Part shown: positions 20,690-31,514 of the stretch, piece after piece
How the letters are laid out: every line of letters begins with the position of its first letter
Numbering within the stretch: the stretch's first letter is position 1
NCBI GenBank assembly: GCA_947259165.1
Contig: CAMYKY010000010.1
Span: 34,433 to 98,432, forward strand
DNA from: an uncultured Acidobacteriota bacterium
GTDB lineage: Bacteria; Acidobacteriota; Vicinamibacteria; Marinacidobacterales; SMYC01
Length of the DNA stretch: 64,000 nt
Reading direction: 5' to 3'
Notes under the pieces: generated by a model
Database searches by the model: none
What the model was told of the DNA's origin: nothing
What the model saw: the letters and a program-made list of their open reading frames with translations, nothing else
Position numbers and translations under genes: made by a program

Positions 20690-23600
20690 GTGATCAAATC
20701 AACTTCGGTACGGCGTGAACGTGAGGTCGCGGCGCGTATTCGCGAGCTCGGACGGATGCTCGCCGACCCGAATGCGACGCTGCAAACCCATGAGCTAGGC
20801 TCCGACGTGCTACTCGCCCTTCTCGACGGCGAGCGCCGGTATCGACAGCTAATGGAGCACAGTGGCGCGTTCATCTGCAGCCACGATCTCGGCGGGGTTC
20901 TACTCTCGGTCAATCAGTCGGGGGCGAAGAGCCTCGACTACCAACAAGACGAGATGGTCGGGCGAAATCTCAACGAGTTCATCGATATACAGCAGCAAGA
21001 TCAATTCGACGAATACTTGCGATTGGTCGCAATCGAGCCCTCGGTCAGCGGCGTGATGAGCGTCCGACGACGCGACGGTGAGAGTCGCACCTGGGCTTAT
21101 CACAACTCCCGATTCCAGGAGCCCGGTCAAGAGCCTTGCGTTCTCGGACACGCACAGGACATCACCGAGATGAAGCAGCTCGAGGAGACGCTGAAGCTCA
21201 CCCAGTTTTCAGTCGACAGAGCCGCCGACTCCGTCTTTTGGATCGCCGCCGACGGCCAGCTCCGCTACGTGAACGACGCCGCCTGCGACTATCTCGGATA
21301 CACGCGGGACGAGCTTCTCTCGATCTCGATTTACGATGTTGATATAACCCTCGAGCGCGCCGAATGGCCGGCACATTGGGAGCAAGTCAAGCAGCTCGAG
21401 CGTTTCACCACCGAGACGATCTACCGCACAAAGGACGGCCGCACCTTCCCGGTCGAGGTCACTGTCAACTTCCTGAGCTTCCGTGGACTGGAGTATCACT
21501 GCGTCTTCGCGCGCGAAATCTCGGAGAGAAAAGAAGCCGAGGACGCCATCATCGCAACGACCGCGCGGCTCGAAGGACTGCTCGAGAATCTGCAAGCTGG
21601 CATCTTGTTCGAAGACGACAATCGGCGCGTCGTTCTCGCAAACCAGACTCTGTGCCAAATCCTCGACATTCCCGTCCCTCCGAGCGCGCTCGCAGGCGCG
21701 GACTCGCGAACGTTGCTCGACCAGTGCAAGGACTTGTTCCCGGCCCCTGCGGCGTTTTTGGAGCGAGTCGAGAGCATCTTGCTGTCGCATACTTTGGTCA
21801 GGAACGAAGAGCTCACGCTCGACGACGGGCGCGTCCTCGCAAGGGACTTCATTCCGATCGTCACCCAGAACTACCGCGCTCACCTTTGGCAATATCGCGA
21901 TGTGACCGAGCGCAAGCGCGCCGAATCCGAGATTCTCAACGCCAAACTTGAGGCGGAGAAAGCGAACGCTGCCAAGAGCAGTTTTCTAGCGATGATGAGT
22001 CACGAGCTCAGAACGCCTCTCAACGCCATTTTGGGCATGACAGAGCTCTCTCTGGACACGAAACTGAACAAAGAGCAACACGAGTTCTTACAAACCATTC
22101 AAACCAACTCGGAGAACCTCCTGCGGCTCATCGACGACGTTCTCGACCTTTCCAAGATCGAGGCGAATCGCATGGATCTGGAACAGATCCCGTTTGATCC
22201 GCGCGAGCTCGCAGAGGAAGTTGCCGAGTCGTTGAATGTTCGCGCAGCTTCCAGAGATGTCGAGCTCGTCCTCGATATCGATCCTCACCTGCCGATGGAA
22301 ATCGTTGGCGATCCGAAACGGGTACGTCAGGTGCTCGTCAACTTGGTCGGCAACGCAGTGAAGTTCACCGAACAAGGCTCGGTAGAGCTATGCGTGGAAG
22401 TCGAGGACTGGAAACCGGGAGACCGTGTCGATCTGGTTTTCGTCGTAACCGACACCGGTATCGGGATTCCTCGGGACAAACAGGACAAGCTGTTCTCACG
22501 GTTCTATCAAGCCGAGAGCTCGACGACCCGCAAGTTCGGTGGCACCGGACTCGGCCTCAACATTTCACGCTCGCTCGTGGACCTCATGGGCGGGCGGATC
22601 GACTTCACGAGTAAAGCAGGCGAGGGCAGCACGTTCCGCGTCAACATTTCAACAGAGTCGCCCACCGATACGGAACCGAACTCGGCGCGCCATCGCGCTC
22701 AACTCGCGGAGGCAAAAGCGAAGGTTTTGCTGTGGGTGCCACAGGAGAAACGTCGCCGCACCCTCGCCAGGCTATTCATCGCATGGGGACTCGAGGTCGA
22801 GCTCGTGAGCTCGCTCGATGAGCTCGACGCCAAGCTCGCCGCGGCGGGCACGAGGCAAACTCTCACGGTATTAGAGCATCGCCCCAACCAACTGGATCTG
22901 GGCGCGCTGCGCAAGCTGCGCCAGCCTCCATTGCGCGAGCTTCTGCTATTGACCTCGATCGGCGCGAGCACATCGGCGGTCCTCACCGAAACGTGCCCTC
23001 ACCTCGTCGTCAAGCCGACGCGTCAGCAACGGCTCGCGGAGACCATCGCCCGCGCCCTCGGGCTGCGCGCCCAGGCGACGGCCGCTTCCGTCAGTGACCC
23101 CGCTCCGAGCCCAGCGGTGGCAGAGGGGAGCGCGCCGTTTCGCATCCTGCTCGTGGAAGACAACCCGGACAATCAGAAACTCGCGGCCCGCATCCTTCAA
23201 GGCGCTGGCGCAAGAGTCGATACCGCCGAGAATGGGCGGGAAGCGGTCACGATGGCCGAGCACACACTCTACGACTTGATCGTCATGGATCTCATGATGC
23301 CCGTGATGGATGGCTTCCAGGCGACCGGGCAAATCCGAGCCGGCGAAGCCGAGCCGAACCGGGTCCCGATCGTGGCTCTCACCGCGCACGCCACCGAGGG
23401 TTTCCGGGATCGGTGCTTGAAGGCCGGCATGGACGACTACCTGTCCAAGCCGTTCAAGAAGGAGCGTTTCCTCGCCGTCGTCGACCAATGGGTCGATCGT
23501 CGTCCTGTCATTCTCGTGACCGATGACGCCCCGGAGAACCGACTCATCGTGAAACGCTTCTTAATGCTCGGCGGCGACTACCGGCTCTTGTTCGCCGCCA

Positions 23601-24217
23601 ACGGCCAAGAAGCGGTCGAAATCTTCAAACGCCAGGCGCTTTCGCTGGTCCTGCTGGACATGGAGATGCCAGTCCTCAATGGATTCGAAGCCGCCCGCAC
23701 CATTCGAGGGCTTTCCGACGGGGATACGATCCCCATCATCGCCATGACCGCCCACAACGACACGCGCGAGCTCGCCCGCTGCACGGAAGCGGGCTGCACG
23801 ACGGTGATTCAAAAGCCGCTGGAGCGCAAGACGTTGAACGCGCTCGTCGCCAAACATGTCAAGGCCCGCGCCGATGACGAGCTCGAAATTCCCGTCGAAT
23901 CCGACTCTCGACCAGCACCCGCGGGGGTCGTCGCAGTGGATCCGGACATCCAGGACCTCGTACCTCGTTTTCTCGAGAACCAGCAAAACAACGCCGGGCT
24001 GGTACTCGAGCTCCTCGAAAACGAAGACTTCGCCTCGATCCGCCGGATTGGGCACAACATGAAAGGCACCGGCAAAGGCTACGGGTTCGAGATCATCAGC
24101 TCTCACGGCGCCTCACTGGAGCAAGCCGCGTCGCGCTCCCGCGCTGAAGATGTGCGACAAATCGCAACCGAGCTAGCCACCTACCTCGCCAACGTCCGTT
24201 GGCGGCCTAGCGGTTAG
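20690..24217 (+). CDS. Cytoplasmic hybrid histidine kinase (3 PAS, HisKA, HATPase, 2 REC, Hpt)
   Basis: PAS/PAC repeats, MSHELRTPLN, NAVKFT, GGTGLGL, two receivers (DLMMP, DMEMP) and Hpt (GHNMKG). Confidence 0.92.
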   Translation: MIKSTSVRREREVAARIRELGRMLADPNATLQTHELGSDVLLALLDGERRYRQLMEHSGAFICSHDLGGVLLSVNQSGAKSLDYQQDEMVGRNLNEFIDIQQQDQFDEYLRLVAIEPSVSGVMSVRRRDGESRTWAYHNSRFQEPGQEPCVLGHAQDITEMKQLEETLKLTQFSVDRAADSVFWIAADGQLRYVNDAACDYLGYTRDELLSISIYDVDITLERAEWPAHWEQVKQLERFTTETIYRTKDGRTFPVEVTVNFLSFRGLEYHCVFAREISERKEAEDAIIATTARLEGLLENLQAGILFEDDNRRVVLANQTLCQILDIPVPPSALAGADSRTLLDQCKDLFPAPAAFLERVESILLSHTLVRNEELTLDDGRVLARDFIPIVTQNYRAHLWQYRDVTERKRAESEILNAKLEAEKANAAKSSFLAMMSHELRTPLNAILGMTELSLDTKLNKEQHEFLQTIQTNSENLLRLIDDVLDLSKIEANRMDLEQIPFDPRELAEEVAESLNVRAASRDVELVLDIDPHLPMEIVGDPKRVRQVLVNLVGNAVKFTEQGSVELCVEVEDWKPGDRVDLVFVVTDTGIGIPRDKQDKLFSRFYQAESSTTRKFGGTGLGLNISRSLVDLMGGRIDFTSKAGEGSTFRVNISTESPTDTEPNSARHRAQLAEAKAKVLLWVPQEKRRRTLARLFIAWGLEVELVSSLDELDAKLAAAGTRQTLTVLEHRPNQLDLGALRKLRQPPLRELLLLTSIGASTSAVLTETCPHLVVKPTRQQRLAETIARALGLRAQATAASVSDPAPSPAVAEGSAPFRILLVEDNPDNQKLAARILQGAGARVDTAENGREAVTMAEHTLYDLIVMDLMMPVMDGFQATGQIRAGEAEPNRVPIVALTAHATEGFRDRCLKAGMDDYLSKPFKKERFLAVVDQWVDRRPVILVTDDAPENRLIVKRFLMLGGDYRLLFAANGQEAVEIFKRQALSLVLLDMEMPVLNGFEAARTIRGLSDGDTIPIIAMTAHNDTRELARCTEAGCTTVIQKPLERKTLNALVAKHVKARADDELEIPVESDSRPAPAGVVAVDPDIQDLVPRFLENQQNNAGLVLELLENEDFASIRRIGHNMKGTGKGYGFEIISSHGASLEQAASRSRAEDVRQIATELATYLANVRWRPSG

Positions 24218-24317
24218 GCATTTCTCCAAAGAAAGATGGCGTTTCGAGGCGGGTTGAAGCCCAAAATTCCGTCCTATCAGAGAGGGATTAGACGAGCACG
24301 ACTCCTAGCGTCTGCTG

Positions 24318-26246
24318 GTGCTCTCACGAAAAAGATCGTGCCCGTGCCCGCGTGCGTGCCCGTGCCCGAAAAGCGAGCCTTCCGGATTTAGTCGGGGACG
24401 GGGACGGGGACGGGAACGGGAACGGGAACGGGAACGGGAACGGGGCACCCGAACCACGGACATTCTTCGCGGAGTGTTTGGGTATCGCACTTTTCGCGGC
24501 CAACAGGAGTCGGTCATCAACCGCATCGTCTCCGGTGGGAACGCTCTGGTGTTGATGCCCACCGGGGGCGGCAAAAGTCTGTGCTATCAGATCCCAGCGA
24601 TTGCCCGCGACGGGGTCGGAATCATCATTTCGCCGCTCATCGCGCTGATGCAGGATCAGGTGGCGGCTCTCACGGAGGCTGGAGTCCGGGCGGCGTTCGT
24701 GAATTCCAGCCTCGAGCGCCATGTGGCAAGTCGCGTCGAGGACGACATGGTCGCGGGTCGATACGATCTGGTGTACGTCGCGCCGGAGCGCCTCGCCACC
24801 GACTCGTTCGTCAAACGATTGGACGATACCCGCTTGGCGTTGTTCGCCATCGATGAAGCGCACTGCGTGAGCCAGTGGGGCCACGACTTTCGGCCCGAGT
24901 ACCGCAAGCTCGACTTGTTGCACCAACGCTATCCCAACGTCCCGAGAATCGCACTCACCGCAACCGCTGACGCCCCAACTCGGGGTGAGATTCTGACGCA
25001 CCTCGCGTTGTCCGACTCCGACGTGTTCGTCGCCGGCTTCGATCGTCCCAACTTGCGCTACGAGGTCGTACCCAAAGCGAACGGCCGCCAACAACTGTTT
25101 CGATTCATCCGGAGCCGCCATGAGGGGGAGAGTGGCATCGTCTACTGCATGAGTCGCAAGAAGGTCGAGCAAACCACGGAAGTGCTGATAGGCGAGGGGG
25201 TGCCGGCGCTCCCCTACCACGCCGGCTTGGACAAGTCAGTGCGCCAGTCCCATCAAAGGCGGTTCAAGGACGAGCCCGGGATCGTCATCGTCGCCACCAT
25301 CGCCTTCGGTATGGGAATCGACAAGCCGGATGTACGATTCGTCGCCCATCTCGACCTGCCCAAGAGCCTCGAGGCTTACTATCAGGAGACCGGTCGGGCC
25401 GGACGCGACGGGCTGCCCTCGGACGCATGGATGACCTACGGCTATGGAGACGCCGTGTTTATCCGACAAATGGTCGAGCGTTCCGACGCGCCTGCGGAGC
25501 GCAAGCGTCTCGAACAGCTCAAGTTGAACTCATTGCTCGGCTACTGCGAGAGCGCGGAATGTCGACGCGCAATCTTGCTTCGTTACTTCGGTGAAGAGCA
25601 CGCGGGAACGTGCGGCAACTGCGATACCTGCACAAATCCCGTCGAATCGTTCGATGGCACCACGCAAGCCCGCAAAGCGCTATCGAACGTCTACCGCACC
25701 GGCCAACGCTTTGGTGCTGCGTATCTTGCCGACATCCTCGTGGGCGCGTCCGACCCGCGGATCGAGCGCAATGGACACGCGCGCATCTCGACGTTCGGCA
25801 TTGGCGACGAGTTCGACCGGAACGGGTGGATGAGCGTGTACCGCCAGCTCGTAGCAGCCGCACTCCTCTTAGTAGAGCCGGAGCACGGAGGCCTGTCGCT
25901 CTCCGATCGAGCGGCGCCTCTGCTGAAAGGCGACGATACGTTCCGCTTGCGTCGCGACCCGACGCCGGTCAAGGGCAAGTCGCAACCACGCACCGGTTCA
26001 ACCGTCGATACAGTGCTGAGCTCATCCGCAGACCAGAAGCTGTTCGAAGCGCTTCGACAAAAACGCCTCGAGCTCGCGAAATCACAGCGCGTTCCGCCCT
26101 ACGTGATTTTCCACGATCGCACGCTCCTCGAGATGGCCCGCGTCCGTCCCCGCTCGCTGTCCGCCCTAGCCGACATCACCGGCGTGGGTGCCACGAAGCT
26201 GGACAAGTACGGGGATACGTTTCTTGAGTTGCTGAAGGATGAGTGA
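24318..26246 (+). CDS. recQ: ATP-dependent DNA helicase RecQ
   Basis: [39 protein letters not shown], Zn-RQC cysteines and HRDC. Start uncertain because a repeat element occupies the 5' end. Confidence 0.95.
   Translation: MLSRKRSCPCPRACPCPKSEPSGFSRGRGRGRERERERERERGTRTTDILRGVFGYRTFRGQQESVINRIVSGGNALVLMPTGGGKSLCYQIPAIARDGVGIIISPLIALMQDQVAALTEAGVRAAFVNSSLERHVASRVEDDMVAGRYDLVYVAPERLATDSFVKRLDDTRLALFAIDEAHCVSQWGHDFRPEYRKLDLLHQRYPNVPRIALTATADAPTRGEILTHLALSDSDVFVAGFDRPNLRYEVVPKANGRQQLFRFIRSRHEGESGIVYCMSRKKVEQTTEVLIGEGVPALPYHAGLDKSVRQSHQRRFKDEPGIVIVATIAFGMGIDKPDVRFVAHLDLPKSLEAYYQETGRAGRDGLPSDAWMTYGYGDAVFIRQMVERSDAPAERKRLEQLKLNSLLGYCESAECRRAILLRYFGEEHAGTCGNCDTCTNPVESFDGTTQARKALSNVYRTGQRFGAAYLADILVGASDPRIERNGHARISTFGIGDEFDRNGWMSVYRQLVAAALLLVEPEHGGLSLSDRAAPLLKGDDTFRLRRDPTPVKGKSQPRTGSTVDTVLSSSADQKLFEALRQKRLELAKSQRVPPYVIFHDRTLLEMARVRPRSLSALADITGVGATKLDKYGDTFLELLKDE
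24337..24450. repeat. Hexamer tandem inverted-repeat element within the recQ 5' end
   Basis: (CGTGCC)n left arm and (CGGGGA/CGGGAA)n right arm. Confidence 0.75.
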
Positions 26247-26273
26247 ATCCGACACCGAACTCCCAAGCTGAGA

Positions 26274-26415
26274 TCGTTCCCGTTCCCGTTCCCGATTGAT
26301 CTTGCTCCTGGCCACTTTTCGGTTCGAAACCGAGCTATTTCGAGCCGCAGGCGGCGACCGAACGAGTTCGATTCAGCATACGTCGGGAACGGGAACGGGG
26401 ACGGGAACGGGGCAC
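26274..26415. repeat. Hexamer (TTCCCG/CGGGAA) tandem inverted-repeat element
   Basis: TCGTTCCCGTTCCCGTTCCCGA ... TCGGGAACGGGAACGGGGACGGGAACGGG. Confidence 0.75.
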
Positions 26416-26441
26416 CTTCATTCATGCTATAGATCTCAGCC

Positions 26442-27215
26442 ATGCCAGAGTACAACTACAAAACCTTCCCCCTCGACGCCGATATGCACGACTTCGTGCA
26501 ATTTCCCAATATCGCGCGGGTTGGGACCAAGGCACCGGACGGAGTGCTTATCGATGCCAAGGACGGCAGCGAAGTGCGGCTCGGGGCGCTCTACCGTAAT
26601 GGAGTGAGCGTCATCGAGTTCGGCTCGTTCACGTGACCCTACTGCGCGCAGGCGGGACCCGCGCTCGAGTCCATGGCCACCGAGTTTCGAGAATACGACT
26701 GCCAGTTCGTTTTCGTGTATACCCGCGAGGCGCACCCCAGCGATCGTTATCCGGGCCATGACAACATCGAGCGCAAGCTCGCGCACGCGCGGGCGATGGT
26801 GGAGCAGCTGGGCTTCGCGCGTCCGATGCTCGTCGACGATCTCGACGGGACCGTCCATCATGAGTTCGGACGGCTCCCCAACATGACCTATATCGTCAAC
26901 GCGGGCGGAACGATCGTCTATCGGGCTGCCTGGACCGACCCGCGTACGATTCGTGGCGCCTTCGAGCAAATTCTGTTCGAGCGAGGCGAGAGACGCGAAA
27001 AGAGACGGATCACCCCCTACTATATGGAGTGGCTCCCCCAACGCACCAACGACGACGTCCGGTTCGTCCAGGAGCTGTTCGAGCTCGGGGGCGGCCGGCC
27101 GGTCGACGAGTTCATCACGGCGATGGACAACGTGGAAGGGAATACGGCGACGAAGCAAATCAAACAGTGGTGGGAGAGGCGACAATCGCAACCCGAGACA
27201 ACCACCGAAAGTTGA
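26442..27215 (+). CDS. Deiodinase-like thioredoxin-fold selenoprotein (UxxC), TGA 26634-26636 read as Sec
   Basis: The two ORFs 26442-26636 and 26673-27215 share one frame and are joined by FGSFT-TGA-PYC. Deiodinase-like motifs FGSxTUP and VYTREAHP; a hairpin directly follows the TGA. Confidence 0.8.
26637..26672 (+). promoter_or_regulatory. Candidate bacterial SECIS element
   Basis: GCGCG-(CA)-GG [CGGGA loop] CC-CGCGC; the loop starts 17 nt after the UGA and has G at its second position. Folded by eye. Confidence 0.5.
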
Positions 27216-27281
27216 ATTGCCTCGCCGGCCTAGCGGCGCGGTCTCGTTCTTATCCCTAGACCGAACTGCCGAGACGGCGCG

Positions 27282-29624
27282 CTAGACGTCGAGCGGTCGC
27301 CACGCGAGCGCGAACCGACCGACCGTCGTATCCGACTTGCGGAAACGCAACGGCACCTCGTCGACGTCGAGAAGAGAGTTGTCGACCGCGCTTCGAAGCT
27401 CGCTGGTCTTCGCCGCCAGCTCGCTCTCGAGCTCGCGGAGTTTTCGCTTCTCCACTTTGAACGCCTTTTCTGCACGCGCGACGTCTTCGCGCTCCCGCGA
27501 CGCTCTCGTCGCCGAGCGGGCCGTTCGTGAGGCGCGGCCGACGTTCGTAAGACTGCCGAGTTTACGGCCGAAAAGAGCACCCACCAGTGTCTCCCCAATA
27601 GAGATCGCGGTGTGGGTCTTTTGTGCACTGTATTGGTCCGACTCACGCGCGACCCGCAGGCCGGCTTTTTCGACGCGCTCCTCGAGCTTTTGCAGCCTGG
27701 CGCCGTAGCGATTTCGGAGCTTCGACAGCTCTTCGTCTCGTTTCTGATGAAGTGCATGGGTCAACCTGACGCGAAACTCCCCTTCGCTCTCGCCGGCCCG
27801 CGAGCTCATCTTGAGCTTCTTGCAACGAAAGAGGGTCAGCGCATGCTCACGGTAAAGACGCGCGAGACACGACTTTTGCCAACGAACGTAATTCTTCTCG
27901 AGACCCGCCGTTTTCGGCAGCACGGCGAACGATGCGCCGGGGCTCGGCTCCTCCCCCACCACGACCGTGGGCAATTCCTCGCCGCTGGGCCAGTCGGGAC
28001 CTCCGCTAGCGAGCGGCGTCAGCCAATTCAACTTCGTCCAGTGATCCACCTCCAAGGAGGAACGAACGTAGTGCACTTCAACGGACGCCAGCAGATGAGG
28101 TGAATAGGTCACGTCCCCCCCACGACTCACCGGCAGGAAACACTCTTCGATGCCTTCAGGAGCTCGCGGACGCTGCGATACGACGTCCGTAGCCGTGAGA
28201 GTGACTCGACGCGGCTTGGGTACCGCCGGCAGATCGCGCGTTCCGGTCAAGTCCTTGATTTGCAGCAGCGTGAGCGGTCCTCGCAGATAAGAAAGAGCCC
28301 ATCGCGTCCGGAACAGAACCGGCGAGTCTTCATGAACGTTTTGCACGAGAAACATGCGTTTTTCCAGCGACGCCAGGAGCTGTTCGGTGCGCTTGCGATC
28401 GAACGCCTCGCCGTTCGAAGACGTTGCGAGTCCGTCCATCAACCGGTCGCGATCCCGCGTCGTTTGTAATCTTCCCAGAAACCAAGTGCCCATGTTCGCG
28501 AGGCCCTTGTAATCCAAATCGACTGGGTTTTGGGTCGCAAGCAATACACCCACGCCATAGGCACGTGCCTGTTTCAACAACGTCAGCATCGGAGCCTTGG
28601 AAGGCGGGGTCTTCACGGGCGGAAAGTAGCCAAAAATCTCGTCCATGTAGACAATCGCCCGGAGGCTTCCGGTACCCTCGAGGCTTCGCATCCAGGAGAT
28701 CACCTCGTTCAGGAACAACGTTACGAAGAACATGCGCTCTTCGTCCGACAAATGAGCGATCGACAAAATCGCGAGGCGGGGCTTACCGGCATCGGTGTAG
28801 AGAAGCTTGGGAATGTCGAGCGGCTCCCCCTCACGCCACGCGGCAAACGCGGGCGATGCGAGCAGGTTGTTGAGCCGCGCCGTCAGCACAAAGCGCTCCT
28901 TCGCGGGGAAGAAAGATTCCAAATCCAAAACGCCCAGCTTCTCGAAAGGCGGTTCCTGGATTTCGCGCAGGAGGGTTTCCAAGTCACGATCTTCGCCATC
29001 GCGCCAGGCGCGATGGAGGATGGTCGACAGGAGAATGTGCTCACGACTCGTCACCGGGTCCGCTTCGACGCCGACGAGGCCTAGCAGACCGGACACAGCA
29101 TTGAGCACGCGCTCTCGCAGCGCGTCCTCGTCCTCCCGCACTGCCTCGGAGGGAGCGTCGAACGCTCGCAGTAGCGCGATAGGCCGGCCGGCCGAGCTTC
29201 CTGGCGTGTAGATGCGGACCTCGGCCGACTTCCTGGAGGCCGCGATGCGAGACTTCGACTGCCCCCATTCACTAATCCCGCGATCCCATGTCGTGGCGAT
29301 CTCAGCCGCATGCTCGTCGAGCGTCTGTCCGTGGCGGGTAGCCTCGGCGGTGTCGACCCAGGGCCGGAAGTCATCGGGCTCGAGCTTGGGGAACTGGAGC
29401 ATTAGGTTCCCCATATCGCCTTTGGGGTCGATGATGAGGGCCGGGATACCGTCGAGCGCCGCCTCTTCGAGCACAACCACCGAGAGCCCCGTCTTACCGC
29501 TGCCGGTCATACCGACAACGAGACCGTGGGTCGTGAGATCCTTTGAGTCGTAGAGAAAGGGAGTCCTCGCGTCACCGCCCAAACCACCGAGATAGAACGC
29601 GCCGAGTTTCTCGAAGTTCTTCAT
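27282..29624 (-). CDS. HerA/FtsK-like (DUF87/DUF853-type) P-loop ATPase
   Basis: THGLVVGMTGSGKT, IIDPKGD, YMDE and LKQARAYGVGVLLATQNP. Confidence 0.85.
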   Translation of the reverse strand: MKNFEKLGAFYLGGLGGDARTPFLYDSKDLTTHGLVVGMTGSGKTGLSVVVLEEAALDGIPALIIDPKGDMGNLMLQFPKLEPDDFRPWVDTAEATRHGQTLDEHAAEIATTWDRGISEWGQSKSRIAASRKSAEVRIYTPGSSAGRPIALLRAFDAPSEAVREDEDALRERVLNAVSGLLGLVGVEADPVTSREHILLSTILHRAWRDGEDRDLETLLREIQEPPFEKLGVLDLESFFPAKERFVLTARLNNLLASPAFAAWREGEPLDIPKLLYTDAGKPRLAILSIAHLSDEERMFFVTLFLNEVISWMRSLEGTGSLRAIVYMDEIFGYFPPVKTPPSKAPMLTLLKQARAYGVGVLLATQNPVDLDYKGLANMGTWFLGRLQTTRDRDRLMDGLATSSNGEAFDRKRTEQLLASLEKRMFLVQNVHEDSPVLFRTRWALSYLRGPLTLLQIKDLTGTRDLPAVPKPRRVTLTATDVVSQRPRAPEGIEECFLPVSRGGDVTYSPHLLASVEVHYVRSSLEVDHWTKLNWLTPLASGGPDWPSGEELPTVVVGEEPSPGASFAVLPKTAGLEKNYVRWQKSCLARLYREHALTLFRCKKLKMSSRAGESEGEFRVRLTHALHQKRDEELSKLRNRYGARLQKLEERVEKAGLRVARESDQYSAQKTHTAISIGETLVGALFGRKLGSLTNVGRASRTARSATRASREREDVARAEKAFKVEKRKLRELESELAAKTSELRSAVDNSLLDVDEVPLRFRKSDTTVGRFALAWRPLDV

Positions 29625-29868
29625 GCGGACACGCGTCGAGGTCGGAGTTCGTTTTTCAATAGCATCGCCGACAGAATTTATCACACAGGTCCGTGGCCCA
29701 TGGTGGTGTATACGGCATTCGGGCGAAAGCTCGTTTGAAGAGCGCTTGCCCGCACACCGGAGCCTCGATAAACGATCGTAGAAGGTGTGCGCGCAGCATC
29801 GAGACGCAGTCGTGTTGACTCGATGAGGAATCCGAAACCAGACTCGAACCGTATGCCGTATGCCGTTT

Positions 29869-31389
29869 TTACCGCACGACGCGTTCGTGGCTGCGGCGCA
29901 TGCGCAGCGCCCGTTGGATCTTTCCCGGGATGAAGCGTTTGAGGAACAAGCGGGAGGGGACGTTTTCGTAGGCGAGGCCGAGCTTCACATCCTTGCGGCC
30001 GCCCATCCCGAGCTCGTCGACCCGAAACTCATAGCGTCCGAGTCGAACCTTACTGCCGTAACGCAGCTCGAACTCCTGGGATTTCACTCCGTAGGTCTTG
30101 CAATCAATCGTGGGACCGGTGAGTTTCTTATTGAGCTTGTCATTGTGCAGCAGATGGACTTTCGCCCGCAGAAAATCGAGTGGACCAAACTTGGCCCGCT
30201 CGGCGGGTGCACTGGTGACGAGTCTTTCGACGAGCGCCTCTTCCATGTCGCCTGCGACATACTCTAGATTGAGCGCGTAGATCTGCTCGTCTTTCGTCCC
30301 CTCCTTGGAGAGGAGCTCGACACGTTCGCGCAGTTGTTCGAGCGGTAGCTCGATGAGCCCTCGAGCGATCTCGTCGATGCCATCGATGTGAAAGCCCGTC
30401 GGTGGAAGCTCTGTGGAGCGCTCCTTGGCGGTCAACATCGCCACAGCATGCTTCGACGATTCGACCAGCGAGAGTCCTTTCCAACTCCAACGAGGGCCAT
30501 CGGGTGAAACCCGGCGCAGCCGGTCAACTGCCATTTGCAGTGGACTGCCGGTCTTCAATTCGACGATCTCGCGATCTCCGGAGCCCGGAAAAGATCGGAC
30601 GCCAATACCTATGAAGATCGCGAGCATGGCCGTCAGAACGCCTGCAATCCCGAACTCGACTCTTGACGCCGGAGGCGTGGCGATCCGAGTGACGATAGGC
30701 TCGATCTCTTCGAGTCCCTCATCCTTCTCGATGCGGAAAATGAAGCGGCGCAGCAGCATGCCGTCATCGTCGAAAAACTCGGCAATTCCCTGAGCGTAGT
30801 CGCTCGAGGCGATCGACCCGTTGGCCGCGACGACCATTCGCTGAATCAATTCGTAGTCGACTTCTTCGCCGATGAGGATTGCGTAGAGAGGCAGTCCGAG
30901 ACTCTCGAGCAAGCGAACCGTTCGGGAGCCGGCTTCCTGTCTCAAGTCCGCGCCTTTCGCGACCGATTGGTCCTGCCAGTCACGCGGCGACGGGTCGATC
31001 ATCCCGTCGGTGATCAGCACGATTTTGAATTCGGTGCCCTCGGGATACTCCGCAGCCACGTCGCGCGCGGCTTCGAACGCAAAATAGAAGTCAGTCCACT
31101 TCCCCGCATTGCGGTAGTGCTGGGGAGCGTCGACGTAAACCTCGTTACGGCCGCCGAAGAGGATGAGTCGGTAGGGCTGGCCTTTCAGGAAGGAATAGAT
31201 CTTCTCGATGGCTTCACGTCGCTGGGTGTCTGGATCGAGCGGAGGAAGGCTCGCCGAGTTGTCCAACAGGAACAGGATGACCGATTCGCCGGCCTGCGGC
31301 TGGAGGAGCGGAGTTTTCGTTTCCTCCGCGCTCGAGAGCACCGAGGACAAAACGGCCGCGCCCACAAAGAGCGTTCTGACGGTCTTCAT
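29869..31389 (-). CDS. VWA-domain membrane protein
   Basis: Signal peptide, MIDAS DNSAS, LITDG, an internal TM helix and a C-terminal cytoplasmic region. Confidence 0.75.
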   Translation of the reverse strand: MKTVRTLFVGAAVLSSVLSSAEETKTPLLQPQAGESVILFLLDNSASLPPLDPDTQRREAIEKIYSFLKGQPYRLILFGGRNEVYVDAPQHYRNAGKWTDFYFAFEAARDVAAEYPEGTEFKIVLITDGMIDPSPRDWQDQSVAKGADLRQEAGSRTVRLLESLGLPLYAILIGEEVDYELIQRMVVAANGSIASSDYAQGIAEFFDDDGMLLRRFIFRIEKDEGLEEIEPIVTRIATPPASRVEFGIAGVLTAMLAIFIGIGVRSFPGSGDREIVELKTGSPLQMAVDRLRRVSPDGPRWSWKGLSLVESSKHAVAMLTAKERSTELPPTGFHIDGIDEIARGLIELPLEQLRERVELLSKEGTKDEQIYALNLEYVAGDMEEALVERLVTSAPAERAKFGPLDFLRAKVHLLHNDKLNKKLTGPTIDCKTYGVKSQEFELRYGSKVRLGRYEFRVDELGMGGRKDVKLGLAYENVPSRLFLKRFIPGKIQRALRMRRSHERVVR

Positions 31390-31514
31390 ATTGGGGTTCG
31401 GTGGACTACTTTGATTATAGAGGGTGAAACGCTTTCTAGCCACGCCTATCGGAAGCTCCGAACCCAACGAGTCCTACGATCGACGAGCCCCAACTCCACC
31501 GAACGCGTTAGTGG

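Noticed and set aside
29700..29800. Possible structured leader upstream of the HerA-like gene (GCACACC/GGTGTGC pairing)
   Set aside because: Short pairings are expected by chance at this GC content, and no family motif was recognised.
29820..29860. tRNA-like GGTTCGAGTC on the minus strand
   Set aside because: The T-stem does not pair and no cloverleaf can be built.
27282..31389. HerA-like ATPase plus VWA protein as an anti-phage system
   Set aside because: No adjacent nuclease, SIR2 or other effector, and the genes are separated by about 245 bp. Nothing beyond generic domains supports it.
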